From Auanema rhodensis (taxonomy: Eukaryota; Animalia; Nematoda), in contig OZ059900.1 in NCBI GenBank assembly GCA_964057225.1, positions 23,994,001-24,058,000 of the forward strand: DNA of 64,000 bases, given 5' to 3'. Both the position numbers and the translations under genes were made by a program. Shown here in pieces: positions 40,001 to 54,246 of this stretch (position 1 is the first letter of the stretch; the number at the start of each line of letters is the position of its first letter). The notes under the pieces were generated by a model. The model was given only the letters and a program-made list of their open reading frames with translations. It did no database searches and was not told the DNA's origin.

Positions 40001-43000
40001 CGAGTTATAATATTTAGAACGTGATTCCTTGATTATGAAAAACTTTCAGAGCCTGCACTGATAATATAATTGGAAACAGGCAGTACGCAATACGCAAACA
40101 TTTGAATGACAGCTTTATTACAATACGACTTAGTTTACTCAATTATATCAAGCTTCATGAACACGGACTGCTTGTGTAATATATAATAGCAATAATAGTT
40201 TCGTTTCTGTTTTTAATTAACTTTCCTGTACGCGAGTTATAATATTTAGAACGTGATTCCTTGATTATGAAAAATTTTTAGAGCCTGCACTGATAATATA
40301 ACTGGAAACAGGCAGTACGCGATACGCAAATATTTGAATGACAGCTTTATTACAATACGACTTAGTTTACTCAATTATATCAAGCTTCATGAACACGGAC
40401 TGCTTGTGTAATATATAATAGCAATAATAGTTTCGTTTCTGTTTTTAATTAACTTTCCTGTACGCGAGTTATAATATTTAGAACGTGATTCCTTGATTAT
40501 GAAAAACTTTCAGAGCCTGCACTGATAATATAATTGGAAACAGGCAGTACGCAATACGCAAACATTTGAATGACAGCTTTATTACAATACGACTTAGTTT
40601 ACTCAATCATACCAATCTTCATGAACACGGACTGTTTGTGTAATAGATAATAGCAATAATAGTTTCGTTTCTGTTTTTAATTAACTTTCCTGTACGCGAG
40701 TTATAATATTTAGAACGTGATTCCTTGATTATGAAAAACTTTCAGAGCCTGCACTGATAATATAATTGGAAACAGGCAGTACGCAATACGCAAACATTTG
40801 AATGACAGCTTTATTACAATACGACTTAGTTTACTCAATTATATCAAGCTTCATGAACACGGACTGCTTGTGTAATATATAATAGCAATAATAGTTTCGT
40901 TTCTGTTTTTAATTAACTTTCCTGTACGCGAGTTATAATATTTAGAACGTGATTCCTTGATTATGAAAAACTTTCAGAGCCTGCACTGATAATATAATTG
41001 GACACAGGCAGTACGCAATACGCAAACATTTGAATGACAGCTTTATTACAATACGACTTAGTTTACTCAATTATATCAAGCTTCATGAACACGGACTGCT
41101 TGTGTAATATATAATAGCAATAATAGTTTCGTTTCTGTTTTTAATTAACTTTCCTGTACGCGAGTTATAATATTTAGAACGTGATTCCTTGATTATGAAA
41201 AACTTTCAGAGCCTGCACTGATAATATAATTGGAAACAGGCAGTACGCAATACGCAAACATTTGAATGACAGCTTTATTACAATACGACTTAGTTTACTC
41301 AATTATATCAAGCTTCATGAACACGGACTGCTTGTGTAATATATAATAGCAATAATAGTTTCGTTTCTGTTTTTAATTAACTTTCCTGTACGCGAGTTAT
41401 AATATTTAGAACGTGATTCCTTGATTATGAAAAATTTTTAGAGCCTGCACTGATAATATAACTGGAAACAGGCAGTACGCGATACGCAAATATTTGAATG
41501 ACAGCTTTATTACAATACGACTTAGTTTACTCAATTATATCAAGCTTCATGAACACGGACTGCTTGTGTAATATATAATAGCAATAATAGTTTCGTTTCT
41601 GTTTTTAATTAACTTTCCTGTACGCGAGTTATAATATTTAGAACGTGATTCCTTGATTATGAAAAACTTTCAGAGCCTGCACTGATAATATAATTGGAAA
41701 CAGGCAGTACGCAATACGCAAACATTTGAATGACAGCTTTATTACAATACGACTTAGTTTACTCAATTATATCAAGCTTCATGAACACGGACTGCTTGTG
41801 TAATATATAATAGCAATAATAGTTTCGTTTCTGTTTTTAATTAACTTTCCTGTACGCGAGTTATAATATTTAGAACGTGATTCCTTGATTATGAAAAACT
41901 TTCAGAGCCTGCACTGATAATATAATTGGAAACAGGCAGTACGCAATACGCAAACATTTGAATGACAGCTTTATTACAATACGACTTAGTTTACTCAATC
42001 ATACCAATCTTCATGAACACGGAATGTTTGTGTAATAGATAATAGCAATAATAGTTTCGTTTCTGTTTTTAATTAACTTTCCTGTACGCGAGTTATAATA
42101 TTTAGAACGTGATTCCTTGATTATGAAAAATTTTTAGAGCCTGCACTGATAATATAACTGGAAACAGGCAGTACGCGATACGCAAATATTTGAATGACAG
42201 CTTTATTACAATACGACTTAGTTTACTCAATTATATCAAGCTTCATGAACACGGACTGCTTGTGTAATATATAATAGCAATAATAGTTTCGTTTCTGTTT
42301 TTAATTAACTTTCCTGTACGCGAGTTATAATATTTAGAACGTGATTCCTTGATTATGAAAAACTTTCAGAGCCTGCACTGATAATATAATTGGACACAGG
42401 CAGTACGCAATACGCAAACATTTGAATGACAGCTTTATTACAATACGACTTAGTTTACTCAATTATATCAAGCTTCATGAACACGGACTGCTTGTGTAAT
42501 ATATAATAGCAATAATAGTTTCGTTTCTTTTTTTAATTATTTTTCCAGTACGCGAGTTATCATATTTAGAACGCGATTGCTTCATAATGAAAAATGTTTA
42601 GAGCCTGCACTGATAATATAACTGGCAACAGGCAATACGCAAACATTTGAATGACAGCTTTATTACAATACGACTTAGTTTACTCAATCATACCAATCTT
42701 CATGAACACGGACTGTTTGTGTAATAGATAATAGCAATAATAGTTTCGTTTCTGTTTTTAATTAACTTTCCTGTACGCGAGTTATAATATTTAGAACGTG
42801 ATTCCTTGATTATGAAAAACTTTCAGAGCCTGCACTGATAATATAATTGGAAACAGGCAGTACGCAATACGTAAACATTTGAATGACAGCTTTATTACAA
42901 TACGACTTAGTTTACTCAATTATATCAAGCTTCATGAACACGGACTGCTTGTGTAATATATAATAGCAATAATAGTTTCGTTTCTTTTTTTAATTATTTT

Positions 43001-46000
43001 TCCAGTACGCGAGTTATCATATTTAGAACGCGATTGCTTCATAATGAAAAATGTTTAGAGCCTGCACTGATAATATAACTGGCAACAGGCAATACGCAAA
43101 CATTTGAATGACAGCTTTATTACAATACGACTTAGTTTACTCAATCATACCAATCTTCATGAACACGGACTGTTTGTGTAATAGATAATAGCAATAATAG
43201 TTTCGTTTCTGTTTTTAATTAACTTTCCTGTACGCGAGTTATAATATTTAGAACGTGATTCCTTGATTATGAAAAATTTTTAGAGCCTGCACTGATAATA
43301 TAACTGGAAACAGGCAGTACGCGATACGCAAATATTTGAATGACAGCTTTATTACAATACGACTTAGTTTACTCAATTATATCAAGCTTCATGAACACGG
43401 ACTGCTTGTGTAATATATAATAGCAATAATAGTTTCGTTTCTGTTTTTAATTAACTTTCCTGTACGCGAGTTATAATATTTAGAACGTGATTCCTTGATT
43501 ATGAGAAACTTTCAGAGCCTGCACTGATAATATAATTGGAAACAGGCAGTACGCAATACGCAAACATTTGAATGACAGCTTTATTACAATACGACTTAGT
43601 TTACTCAATTATATCAAGCTTCATGAACACGGACTGCTTGTGTAATAGATAATAGCAATAATAGTTTCGTTTCTGTTTTTAATTAACTTTCCTGTACGCG
43701 AGTTATAATATTTAGAACGTGATTCCTTGATTATGAAAAATTTTTAGAGCCTGCACTGATAATATAACTGGAAACAGGCAGTACGCGATACGCAAATATT
43801 TGAATGACAGCTTTATTACAATACGACTTAGTTTACTCAATTATATCAAGCTTCATGAACACGGACTGCTTGTGTAATATATAATAGCAATAATAGTTTC
43901 GTTTCTGTTTTTAATTAACTTTCCTGTACGCGAGTTATAATATTTAGAACGTGATTCCTTGATTATGAAAAACTTTCAGAGCCTGCACTGATAATATAAT
44001 TGGACACAGGCAGTACGCAATACGCAAACATTTGAATGACAGCTTTATTACAATACGACTTAGTTTACTCAATTATATCAAGCTTCATGAACACGGACTG
44101 CTTGTGTAATATATAATAGCAATAATAGTTTCGTTTCTGTTTTTAATTAACTTTCCTGTACGCGAGTTATAATATTTAGAACGTGATTCCTTGATTATGA
44201 AAAACTTTCAGAGCCTGCACTGATAATATAATTGGAAACAGGCAGTACGCAATACGTAAACATTTGAATGACAGCTTTATTACAATACGACTTAGTTTAC
44301 TCAATTATATCAAGCTTCATGAACACGGACTGCTTGTGTAATATATAATAGCAATAATAGTTTCGTTTCTGTTTTTAATTAACTTTCCTGTACGCGAGTT
44401 ATAATATTTAGAACGTGATTCCTTGATTATGAAAAATTTTTAGAGCCTGCACTGATAATATAACTGGAAACAGGCAGTACGCGATACGCAAATATTTGAA
44501 TGACAGCTTTATTACAATACGACTTAGTTTACTCAATTATATCAAGCTTCATGAACACGGACTGCTTGTGTAATATATAATAGCAATAATAGTTTCGTTT
44601 CTGTTTTTAATTAACTTTCCTGTACGCGAGTTATAATATTTAGAACGTGATTCCTTGATTATGAAAAACTTTCAGAGCCTGCACTGATAATATAATTGGA
44701 AACAGGCAGTACGCAATACGCAAACATTTGAATGACAGCTTTATTACAATACGACTTAGTTTACTCAATTATATCAAGCTTCATGAACACGGACTGCTTG
44801 TGTAATATATAATAGCAATAATAGTTTCGTTTCTGTTTTTAATTAACTTTCCTGTACGCGAGTTATAATATTTAGAACGTGATTCCTTGATTATGAAAAA
44901 CTTTCAGAGCCTGCACTGATAATATAATTGGAAACAGGCAGTACGCAATACGCAAACATTTGAATGACAGCTTTATTACAATACGACTTAGTTTACTCAA
45001 TCATACCAATCTTCATGAACACGGACTGTTTGTGTAATAGATAATAGCAATAATAGTTTCGTTTCTGTTTTTAATTAACTTTCCTGTACGCGAGTTATAA
45101 TATTTAGAACGTGATTCCTTGATTATGAAAAACTTTCAGAGCCTGCACTGATAATATAATTGGAAACAGGCAGTACGCAATACGCAAACATTTGAATGAC
45201 AGCTTTATTACAATACGACTTAGTTTACTCAATTATATCAAGCTTCATGAACACGGACTGCTTGTGTAATATATAATAGCAATAATAGTTTCGTTTCTGT
45301 TTTTAATTAACTTTCCTGTACGCGAGTTATAATATTTAGAACGTGATTCCTTGATTATGAAAAACTTTCAGAGCCTGCACTGATAATATAATTGGAAACA
45401 GGCAGTACGCAATACGCAAACATTTGAATGACAGCTTTATTACAATACGACTTAGTTTACTCAATCATACCAATCTTCATGAACACGGACTGTTTGTGTA
45501 ATAGATAATAGCAATAATAGTTTTGTTTCTGTTTTTAATTAACTTTCCTGTACGCGAGTTATAATATTTAGAACGTGATTCCTTGATTATGAAAAACTTT
45601 CAGAGCCTGCACTGATAATATAATTGGAAACAGGCAGTACGCAATACGCAAACATTTGAATGACAGCTTTATTACAATACGACTTAGTTTACTCAATTAT
45701 ATCAAGCTTCATGAACACGGACTGCTTGTGTAATATATAATAGCAATAATAGTTTCGTTTCTGTTTTTAATTAACTTTCCTGTACGCGAGTTATAATATT
45801 TAGAACGTGATTCCTTGATTATAAAAACTTTCAGAGCCTGCACTGATAATATAATTGGAAACAGGCAGTACGCAATACGCAAACATTTGAATGACAGCTT
45901 TATTACAATACGACTTAGTTTACTCAATCATACCAATCTTCATGAACACGGACTGTTTGTGTAATAGATAATAGCAATAATAGTTTCGTTTCTGTTTTTA

Positions 46001-46296
46001 ATTAACTTTCCTGTACGCGAGTTATAATATTTAGAACGTGATTCCTTGATTATGAAAAATTTTTAGAGCCTGCACTGATAATATAACTGGAAACAGGCAG
46101 TACGCGATACGCAAATATTTGAATGACAGCTTTATTACAATACGACTTAGTTTACTCAATTATATCAAGCTTCATGAACACGGACTGCTTGTGTAATATA
46201 TAATAGCAATAATAGTTTCGTTTCTGTTTTTAATTAACTTTCCTGTACGCGAGTTATAATATTTAGAACGTGATTCCTTGATTATGAAAAACTTTC

Positions 46297-48580
46297 AGAG
46301 CCTGCACTGATAATGTAATTGGAAACAGGCAGTACGCAATACGCAAACATTTGAATGACAGCTTTATTACAATACGACTTTGTTTACTCAATTATATCAA
46401 GCTTCATGAACAGGGACTGTTTGTGTAATAGATGATAGCAATGATAGTTTCGTTTCTTTTTTTAATTAACTTTCCAGTACGCGAGTTATCATATTTAGAA
46501 CGCGATTGCTTCATAATGAAAAATGTTTAGAGCCTGCACTGATAATATAACTGGCAACAGGCAATACGCAAACATTTGAATGACAGCTTTATTACAATAC
46601 GACTTAGTTTACTCAATCATACCAATCTTCATGAACACGGACTGTTTGTGTAATAGATAATAGCAATAATAGTTTCGTTTCTGTTTTTAATTAACTTTCC
46701 TGTACGCGAGTTATAATATTTAGAACGTGATTCCTTGATTATGAAAAAATTTTTAGAGCCTGCACTGATAATATAACTGGAAACAGGCAGTACGCGATAC
46801 GCAAATATTTGAATGACAGCTTTAATACAATACGACTTAGCTTACTCAATCATATCAAGCTTCATGAACAGGGACTGTTTGTGTAATAGATGATAGCAAT
46901 GATAGTTTCGTTTCTTTTTTTAATTAACTTTCCAGTACGCGAGTTATCATATTTAGAACGCGACTGCTTCATAATGAAAAATGTTTAGAGCCTGCACTGA
47001 TAATATAACTGGCAACAGGCAATACGCAAACATTTGAATGACAGCTTTATTACAATACGACTTAGTTTACTCAATCATATCAAGCTTCATGAACAGGGAC
47101 TGCTTGTGTAATAGATGATAGCAATGATAGTTTCGTTTCTTTTTTTAATTAACTTTCCAGTACGCGAGTTATCATATTTAGAACGCGATTGCTTCATAAT
47201 GAAAAATGTTTAGAGCCTGCACTGATAATATAACTGGAAACAGGCAGTACGCGATACGCAAATATTTGAATGACAGCTTTATTACAATACGACTTAGTTT
47301 ACTCAATTATATCAAGCTTCATGAACACGGACTGCTTGTGTAATATATAATAGCAATAATAGTTTCGTTTCTGTTTTTAATTAACTTTCCTGTACGCGAG
47401 TTATAATATTTAGAACGTGATTCCTTGATTATGAAAAACTTTCAGAGCCTGCACTGATAATGTAATTGGAAACAGGCAGTACGCAATACGCAAACATTTG
47501 AATGACAGCTTTATTACAATACGACTTTGTTTACTCAATTATATCAAGCTTCATGAACAGGGACTGTTTGTGTAATAGATGATAGCAATGATAGTTTCGT
47601 TTCTTTTTTTAATTAACTTTCCAGTACGCGAGTTATCATATTTAGAACGCGATTGCTTCATAATGAAAAATGTTTAGAGCCTGCACTGATAATATAACTG
47701 GCAACAGGCAATACGCAAACATTTGAATGACAGCTTTATTACAATACGACTTAGTTTACTCAATCATACCAATCTTCATGAACACGGACTGTTTGTGTAA
47801 TAGATAATAGCAATAATAGTTTCGTTTCTGTTTTTAATTAACTTTCCTGTACGCGAGTTATAATATTTAGAACGTGATTCCTTGATTATGAAAAAATTTT
47901 TAGAGCCTGCACTGATAATATAACTGGAAACAGGCAGTACGCGATACGCAAATATTTGAATGACAGCTTTAATACAATACGACTTAGCTTACTCAATCAT
48001 ATCAAGCTTCATGAACAGGGACTGTTTGTGTAATAGATGATAGCAATGATAGTTTCGTTTCTTTTTTTAATTAACTTTCCAGTACGCGAGTTATCATATT
48101 TAGAACGCGACTGCTTCATAATGAAAAATGTTTAGAGCCTGCACTGATAATATAACTGGCAACAGGCAATACGCAAACATTTGAATGACAGCTTTATTAC
48201 AATACGACTTAGTTTACTCAATCATATCAAGCTTCATGAACAGGGACTGCTTGTGTAATAGATGATAGCAATGATAGTTTCGTTTCTTTTTTTAATTAAC
48301 TTTCCAGTACGCGAGTTATCATATTTAGAACGCGATTGCTTCATAATGAAAAATGTTTAGAGCCTGCACTGATAATATAACTGGAAACAGGCAGTACGCG
48401 ATACGCAAATATTTGAATGACAGCTTTATTACAATACGACTTAGTTTACTCAATTATATCAAGCTTCATGAACACGGACTGCTTGTGTAATATATAATAG
48501 CAATAATAGTTTCGTTTCTGTTTTTAATTAACTTTCCTGTACGCGAGTTATAATATTTAGAACGTGATTCCTTGATTATG
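46297..48580. repeat. Tandem duplication of a 5-monomer (1147-bp) higher-order unit in satellite B
   Basis: The private variants TAATGTAATT (46311, 47458), GACTTTGTTT and CGCGACTGC each recur exactly 1147 bp apart. Confidence 0.9.
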
Positions 48581-51500
48581 AAAAATTTTTAGAGCCTGCA
48601 CTGATAATATAACTGGAAACAGGCAGTACGCGATACGCAAATATTTGAATGACAGCTTTAATACAATACGACTTAGCTTACTCAATTATATCAAGCTTCA
48701 TGAACACGGACTGCTTGTGTAATAGATGATAGCAATGATAGTTTCGTTTCTTTTTTTAATTAACTTTCCAGTACGCGAGTTATAATATTTAGAACGTGAT
48801 TCCTTGATTATGAAAAACTTTCAGAGCCTGCACTGATAATATAATTGGAAACAGGCAATACGCAAACATTTGAATGACAGCTTTATTACAATACGACTTA
48901 GTTTACTCAATTATATCAAGCTTCATGAACACGGACTGTTTGTGCAATAGATGATAGCAAGGATAGTTTCGTTTCTTTTTTTAATTAACTTTCCAGTACG
49001 CGAGTTATAATATTTAGAACGTGATTCCTTGATTATGAAAAATTTTTAGAGCCTGCACTGATAATATAACTGGAAACAGGCAGTACGCGATACGCAAATA
49101 TTTGAATGACAGCTTTATTACAATACGACTTAGTTTACTCAATTATATCAAGCTTCATGAACACGGACTGCTTGTGCAATAGATGATAGCAAGGATAGTT
49201 TCGTTTCTTTTTTTAATTAACTTTCCAGTACGCGAGTTATAATATTTAGAACGCGATTCCTTGATAATGAAAAACTTTCAGAGCCTGCACTGATAATATA
49301 ATTGGAAACAGGCAGTACGCAATACGCAAACATTTGAATGACAGCTTTATTACAATACGACTTAGTTTACTCAATCATACCAATCTTCATGAACACGGAC
49401 TGTTTGTGTAATAGATAATAGCAATAATAGTTTCGTTTCTGTTTTTAATTAACTTTCCTGTACGCGAGTTATAATATTTAGAACGTGATTCCTTGATTAT
49501 AAAAACTTTCAGAGCCTGCACTGATAATATAATTGGAAACAGGCAGTACGCAATACACAAATATTTGAATGACAGCTTTATTACAATACGACTTCGTTGA
49601 CTTAGTTTACTCAATTATATCAAGCTTCATGAACAGGGACTGTTTGTGTAATAGATGATAGCAATGATAGTTTTGTTTCTTTTTTTAATTAACTTTCCAG
49701 TACGCGAGTTATCATATTTAGAACGCGATTGCTTCATAATGAAAAATGTTTAGAGCCTGCACTGATAATATAACTGGCAACAGGCAATACGCAAACATTT
49801 GAATGACAGCTTTATTACAATACGACTTAGTTTACTCAATCATACCAATCTTCATGAACACGGACTGTTTGTGTAATAGATAATAGCAATAATAGTTTCG
49901 TTTCTGTTTTTAATTAACTTTCCTGTACGCGAGTTATAATATTTAGAACGTGATTCCTTGATTATGAAAAATTTTTAGAGCCTGCACTGATAATATAACT
50001 GGAAACAGGCAGTACGCGATACGCAAATATTTGAATGACAGCTTTATTACAATACGACTTAGTTTACTCAATTATATCAAGCTTCATGAACACGGACTGC
50101 TTGTGTAATATATAATAGCAATAATAGTTTCGTTTCTGTTTTTAATTAACTTTCCTGTACGCGAGTTATAATATTTAGAACGTGATTCCTTGATTATGAA
50201 AAACTTTCAGAGCCTGCACTGATAATATAATTGGAAACAGGCAGTACGCAATACGCAAACATTTGAATGACAGCTTTATTACAATACGACTTAGTTTACT
50301 CAATTATATCAAGCTTCATGAACACGGACTGCTTGTGTAATATATAATAGCAATAATAGTTTCGTTTCTGTTTTTAATTAACTTTCCTGTACGCGAGTTA
50401 TAATATTTAGAACGTGATTCCTTGATTATGAAAAATTTTTAGAGCCTGCACTGATAATATAACTGGAAACAGGCAGTACGCGATACGCAAATATTTGAAT
50501 GACAGCTTTATTACAATACGACTTAGTTTACTCAATTATATCAAGCTTCATGAACACGGACTGCTTGTGTAATATATAATAGCAATAATAGTTTCGTTTC
50601 TGTTTTTAATTAACTTTCCTGTACGCGAGTTATAATATTTAGAACGTGATTCCTTGATTATGAAAAACTTTCAGAGCCTGCACTGATAATATAATTGGAA
50701 ACAGGCAGTACGCAATACGCAAACATTTGAATGACAGCTTTATTACAATACGACTTAGTTTACTCAATTATATCAAGCTTCATGAACACGGACTGCTTGT
50801 GTAATATATAATAGCAATAATAGTTTCGTTTCTGTTTTTAATTAACTTTCCTGTACGCGAGTTATAATATTTAGAACGTGATTCCTTGATTATGAAAAAC
50901 TTTCAGAGCCTGCACTGATAATATAATTGGAAACAGGCAGTACGCAATACGCAAACATTTGAATGACAGCTTTATTACAATACGACTTAGTTTACTCAAT
51001 CATACCAATCTTCATGAACACGGACTGTTTGTGTAATAGATAATAGCAATAATAGTTTCGTTTCTGTTTTTAATTAACTTTCCTGTACGCGAGTTATAAT
51101 ATTTAGAACGTGATTCCTTGATTATGAAAAAATTTTTAGAGCCTGCACTGATAATATAACTGGAAACAGGCAGTACGCGATACGCAAATATTTGAATGAC
51201 AGCTTTAGTACAATACGACTTAGCTTACTCAATCATATCAAGCTTCATGAACAGGGACTGTTTGTGCAATAGATGATAGCAATGATAGTTTCGTTTCTTT
51301 TTTTAATTAACTTTCCAGTACGCGAGTTATAATATTTAGAACGCGATTGCTTCATAATGAAAAATGTTTAGAGCCTGCACTGATAATATAACTGGCAACA
51401 GGCAATACGCAAACATTTGAATGACAGCTTTATTACAATACGACTTAGTTTACTCAATCATACCAATCTTCATGAACACGGACTGTTTGTGTAATAGATA

Positions 51501-53076
51501 ATAGCAATAATAGTTTCGTTTCTGTTTTTAATTAACTTTTCTGTACGCGAGTTATAATATTTAGAACGTGATTCCTTGATTATGAAAAATTTTTAGTGCC
51601 TGCACTGATAATATAACTGGAAACAGGCAGTACGCGATACGCAAATATTTGAATGACAGCTTTATTACAATACGACTTAGCTTACTCAATCATATCAAGC
51701 TTCATGAACAGGGACTGTTTGTGTAATAGATGATAGCAATGATAGTTTTGTTTCTTTTTTTAATTAACTTTCCAGTACGCGAGTTATCATATTTAGAACG
51801 CGATTGCTTCATAATGAAAAATGTTTAGAGCCTGCACTGATAATATAACTGGCAACAGGCAATACGCAAACATTTGAATGACAGCTTTATTACAATACGA
51901 CTTAGTTTACTCAATTATATCAAGCTTCATGAACACGGACTGTTTGTGTAATAGATAATAGCAATAATAGTTTCGTTTCTGTTTTTAATTAACTTTCCTG
52001 TACGCGAGTTATAATATTTAGAACGTGATTCCTTGATTATAAAAACTTTCAGAGCCTGCACTGATAATATAATTGGAAACAGGCAGTACGCAATACGCAA
52101 ATATTTGAATGACAGCTTTATTACAATACAACTTAGTTTACTCAATTATATCAAGCTTCATGAACACGGACTGCTTGTGCAATAGATGATAGCAATAATA
52201 GTTTCGTTTCTGTTTTTAATTAACTTTCCTGTACGCGAGTTATAATATTTAGAACGTGATTCCTTGATTATAAAATCTTTCAGAGCCTGCACTGATAATA
52301 TAATTGGAAACAGGCAGTACACAATACGCAAACATTTGAATGACAGCTTTATTACAATACGACTTAGTTTACTCAATCATACCAATCTTCATGAACACGG
52401 ACTGTTTGTGTAATAGATAATAGCAATAATAGTTTCGTTTCTGTTTTTAATTAACTTTCCTGTACGCGAGTTATAATATTTAGAACGTGATTCCTTGATT
52501 ATAAAAACTTTTAGAGCCTGCACTGATAATATAATTGGAAACAGGCAGTACGCAATACGCAAATATTTGAATGACAGCTTTATTACAATACGACTTAGTT
52601 TACTCAATCATACCAATCTTCATGAACACGGACTGTTTGTGTAATAGATAATAGCAATAATAGTTTCGTTTCTGTTTTTAATTAACTTTCCTGTACGCGA
52701 GTTATAATATTTAGAACGTGATTCCTTGATTATGAAAAATTTTTATTGCCTGCACTGATAATATATCTGGAAACAGGCAGTACGCGATACGCAAATATTT
52801 GAATGACAGCTTTATTACAATACGACTTAGCTTATTCAATCATATCAAGCTTCATGAACAGGGACTGTTTGTGTAATAGATGATAGCAATGATAGTTTTG
52901 TTTCTTTTTTTAATTAACTTTCCAGTACGCGAGTTATCATATTTAGAACGCGATTGCTTCATAATGAAAAATGTTTAGAGCCTGCACTGATAATATAACT
53001 GGCAACAGGCAATACGCAAACATTTGAATGACAGCTTTATTACAATACGACTTAGTTTACTCAATTATATCAAGCT

Positions 53077-54246
53077 TCATGAACACGGACTGTTTGTGTA
53101 ATAGATAATAGCAATAATAGTTTCGTTTCTGTTTTTAATTAACTTTCCTGTACGCGAGTTATAATATTTAGAACGTGATTCCTTGATTATAAAAACTTTC
53201 AGAGCCTGCACTGATAATATAATTGGAAACAGGCAGTACGCAATACGCAAATATTTGAATGACAGCTTTATTACAATACGACTTCGTTGACTTAGTTTAC
53301 TCAATTATATCAAGCTTCATGAACAGGGACTGTTTGTGTAATAGATAATAGCAATAATAGTTTCGTTTCTGTTTTTAATTAACTTTCCTGTACGCGAGTT
53401 ATAATATTTAGAACGTGATTCCTTGATTATAAAAACTTTCAGAGCCTGCACTGATAATATAATTGGAAACAGGCAGTACGCAATACGCAAACATTTGAAT
53501 GACAGCTTTATTACAATACGACTTAGTTTACTCAATCATACCAATCTTCATGAACACGGACTGTTTGTGTAATAGATAATAGCAATAATAGTTTCGTTTC
53601 TGTTTTTAATTAACTTTCCTGTACGCGAGTTATAATATTTAGAACGTGATTCCTTGATTATAAAAACTTTCAGAGCCTGCACTGATAATATAATTGGAAA
53701 CAGGCAGTACGCAATACGCAAATATTTGAATGACAGCTTTATTACAATACGACTTCGTTGACTTAGTTTACTCAATTATATCAAGCTTCATGAACAGGGA
53801 CTGTTTGTGTAATAGATAATAGCAATAATAGTTTCGTTTCTGTTTTTAATTAACTTTCCTGTACGCGAGTTATAATATTTAGAACGTGATTCCTTGATTA
53901 TAAAAACTTTCAGAGCCTGCACTGATAATATAATTGGAAACAGGCAGTACGCAATACGCAAACATTTGAATGACAGCTTTATTACAATACGACTTAGTTT
54001 ACTCAATCATACCAATCTTCATGAACACGGACTGTTTGTGTAATAGATAATAGCAATAATAGTTTCGTTTCTGTTTTTAATTAACTTTCCTGTACGCGAG
54101 TTATAATATTTAGAACGTGATTCCTTGATTATAAAAACTTTCAGAGCCTGCACTGATAATATAATTGGAAACAGGCAGTACGCAATACGCAAATATTTGA
54201 ATGACAGCTTTATTACAATACGACTTCGTTGACTTAGTTTACTCAA
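53077..54246. repeat. Alternating 240/231-bp dimer (471-bp period) in satellite B
   Basis: The 9-bp insertion GACTTCGTT appears in every second monomer (near 53280, 53751, 54222). The same pattern recurs in shorter form at 57254-57952. Confidence 0.9.
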
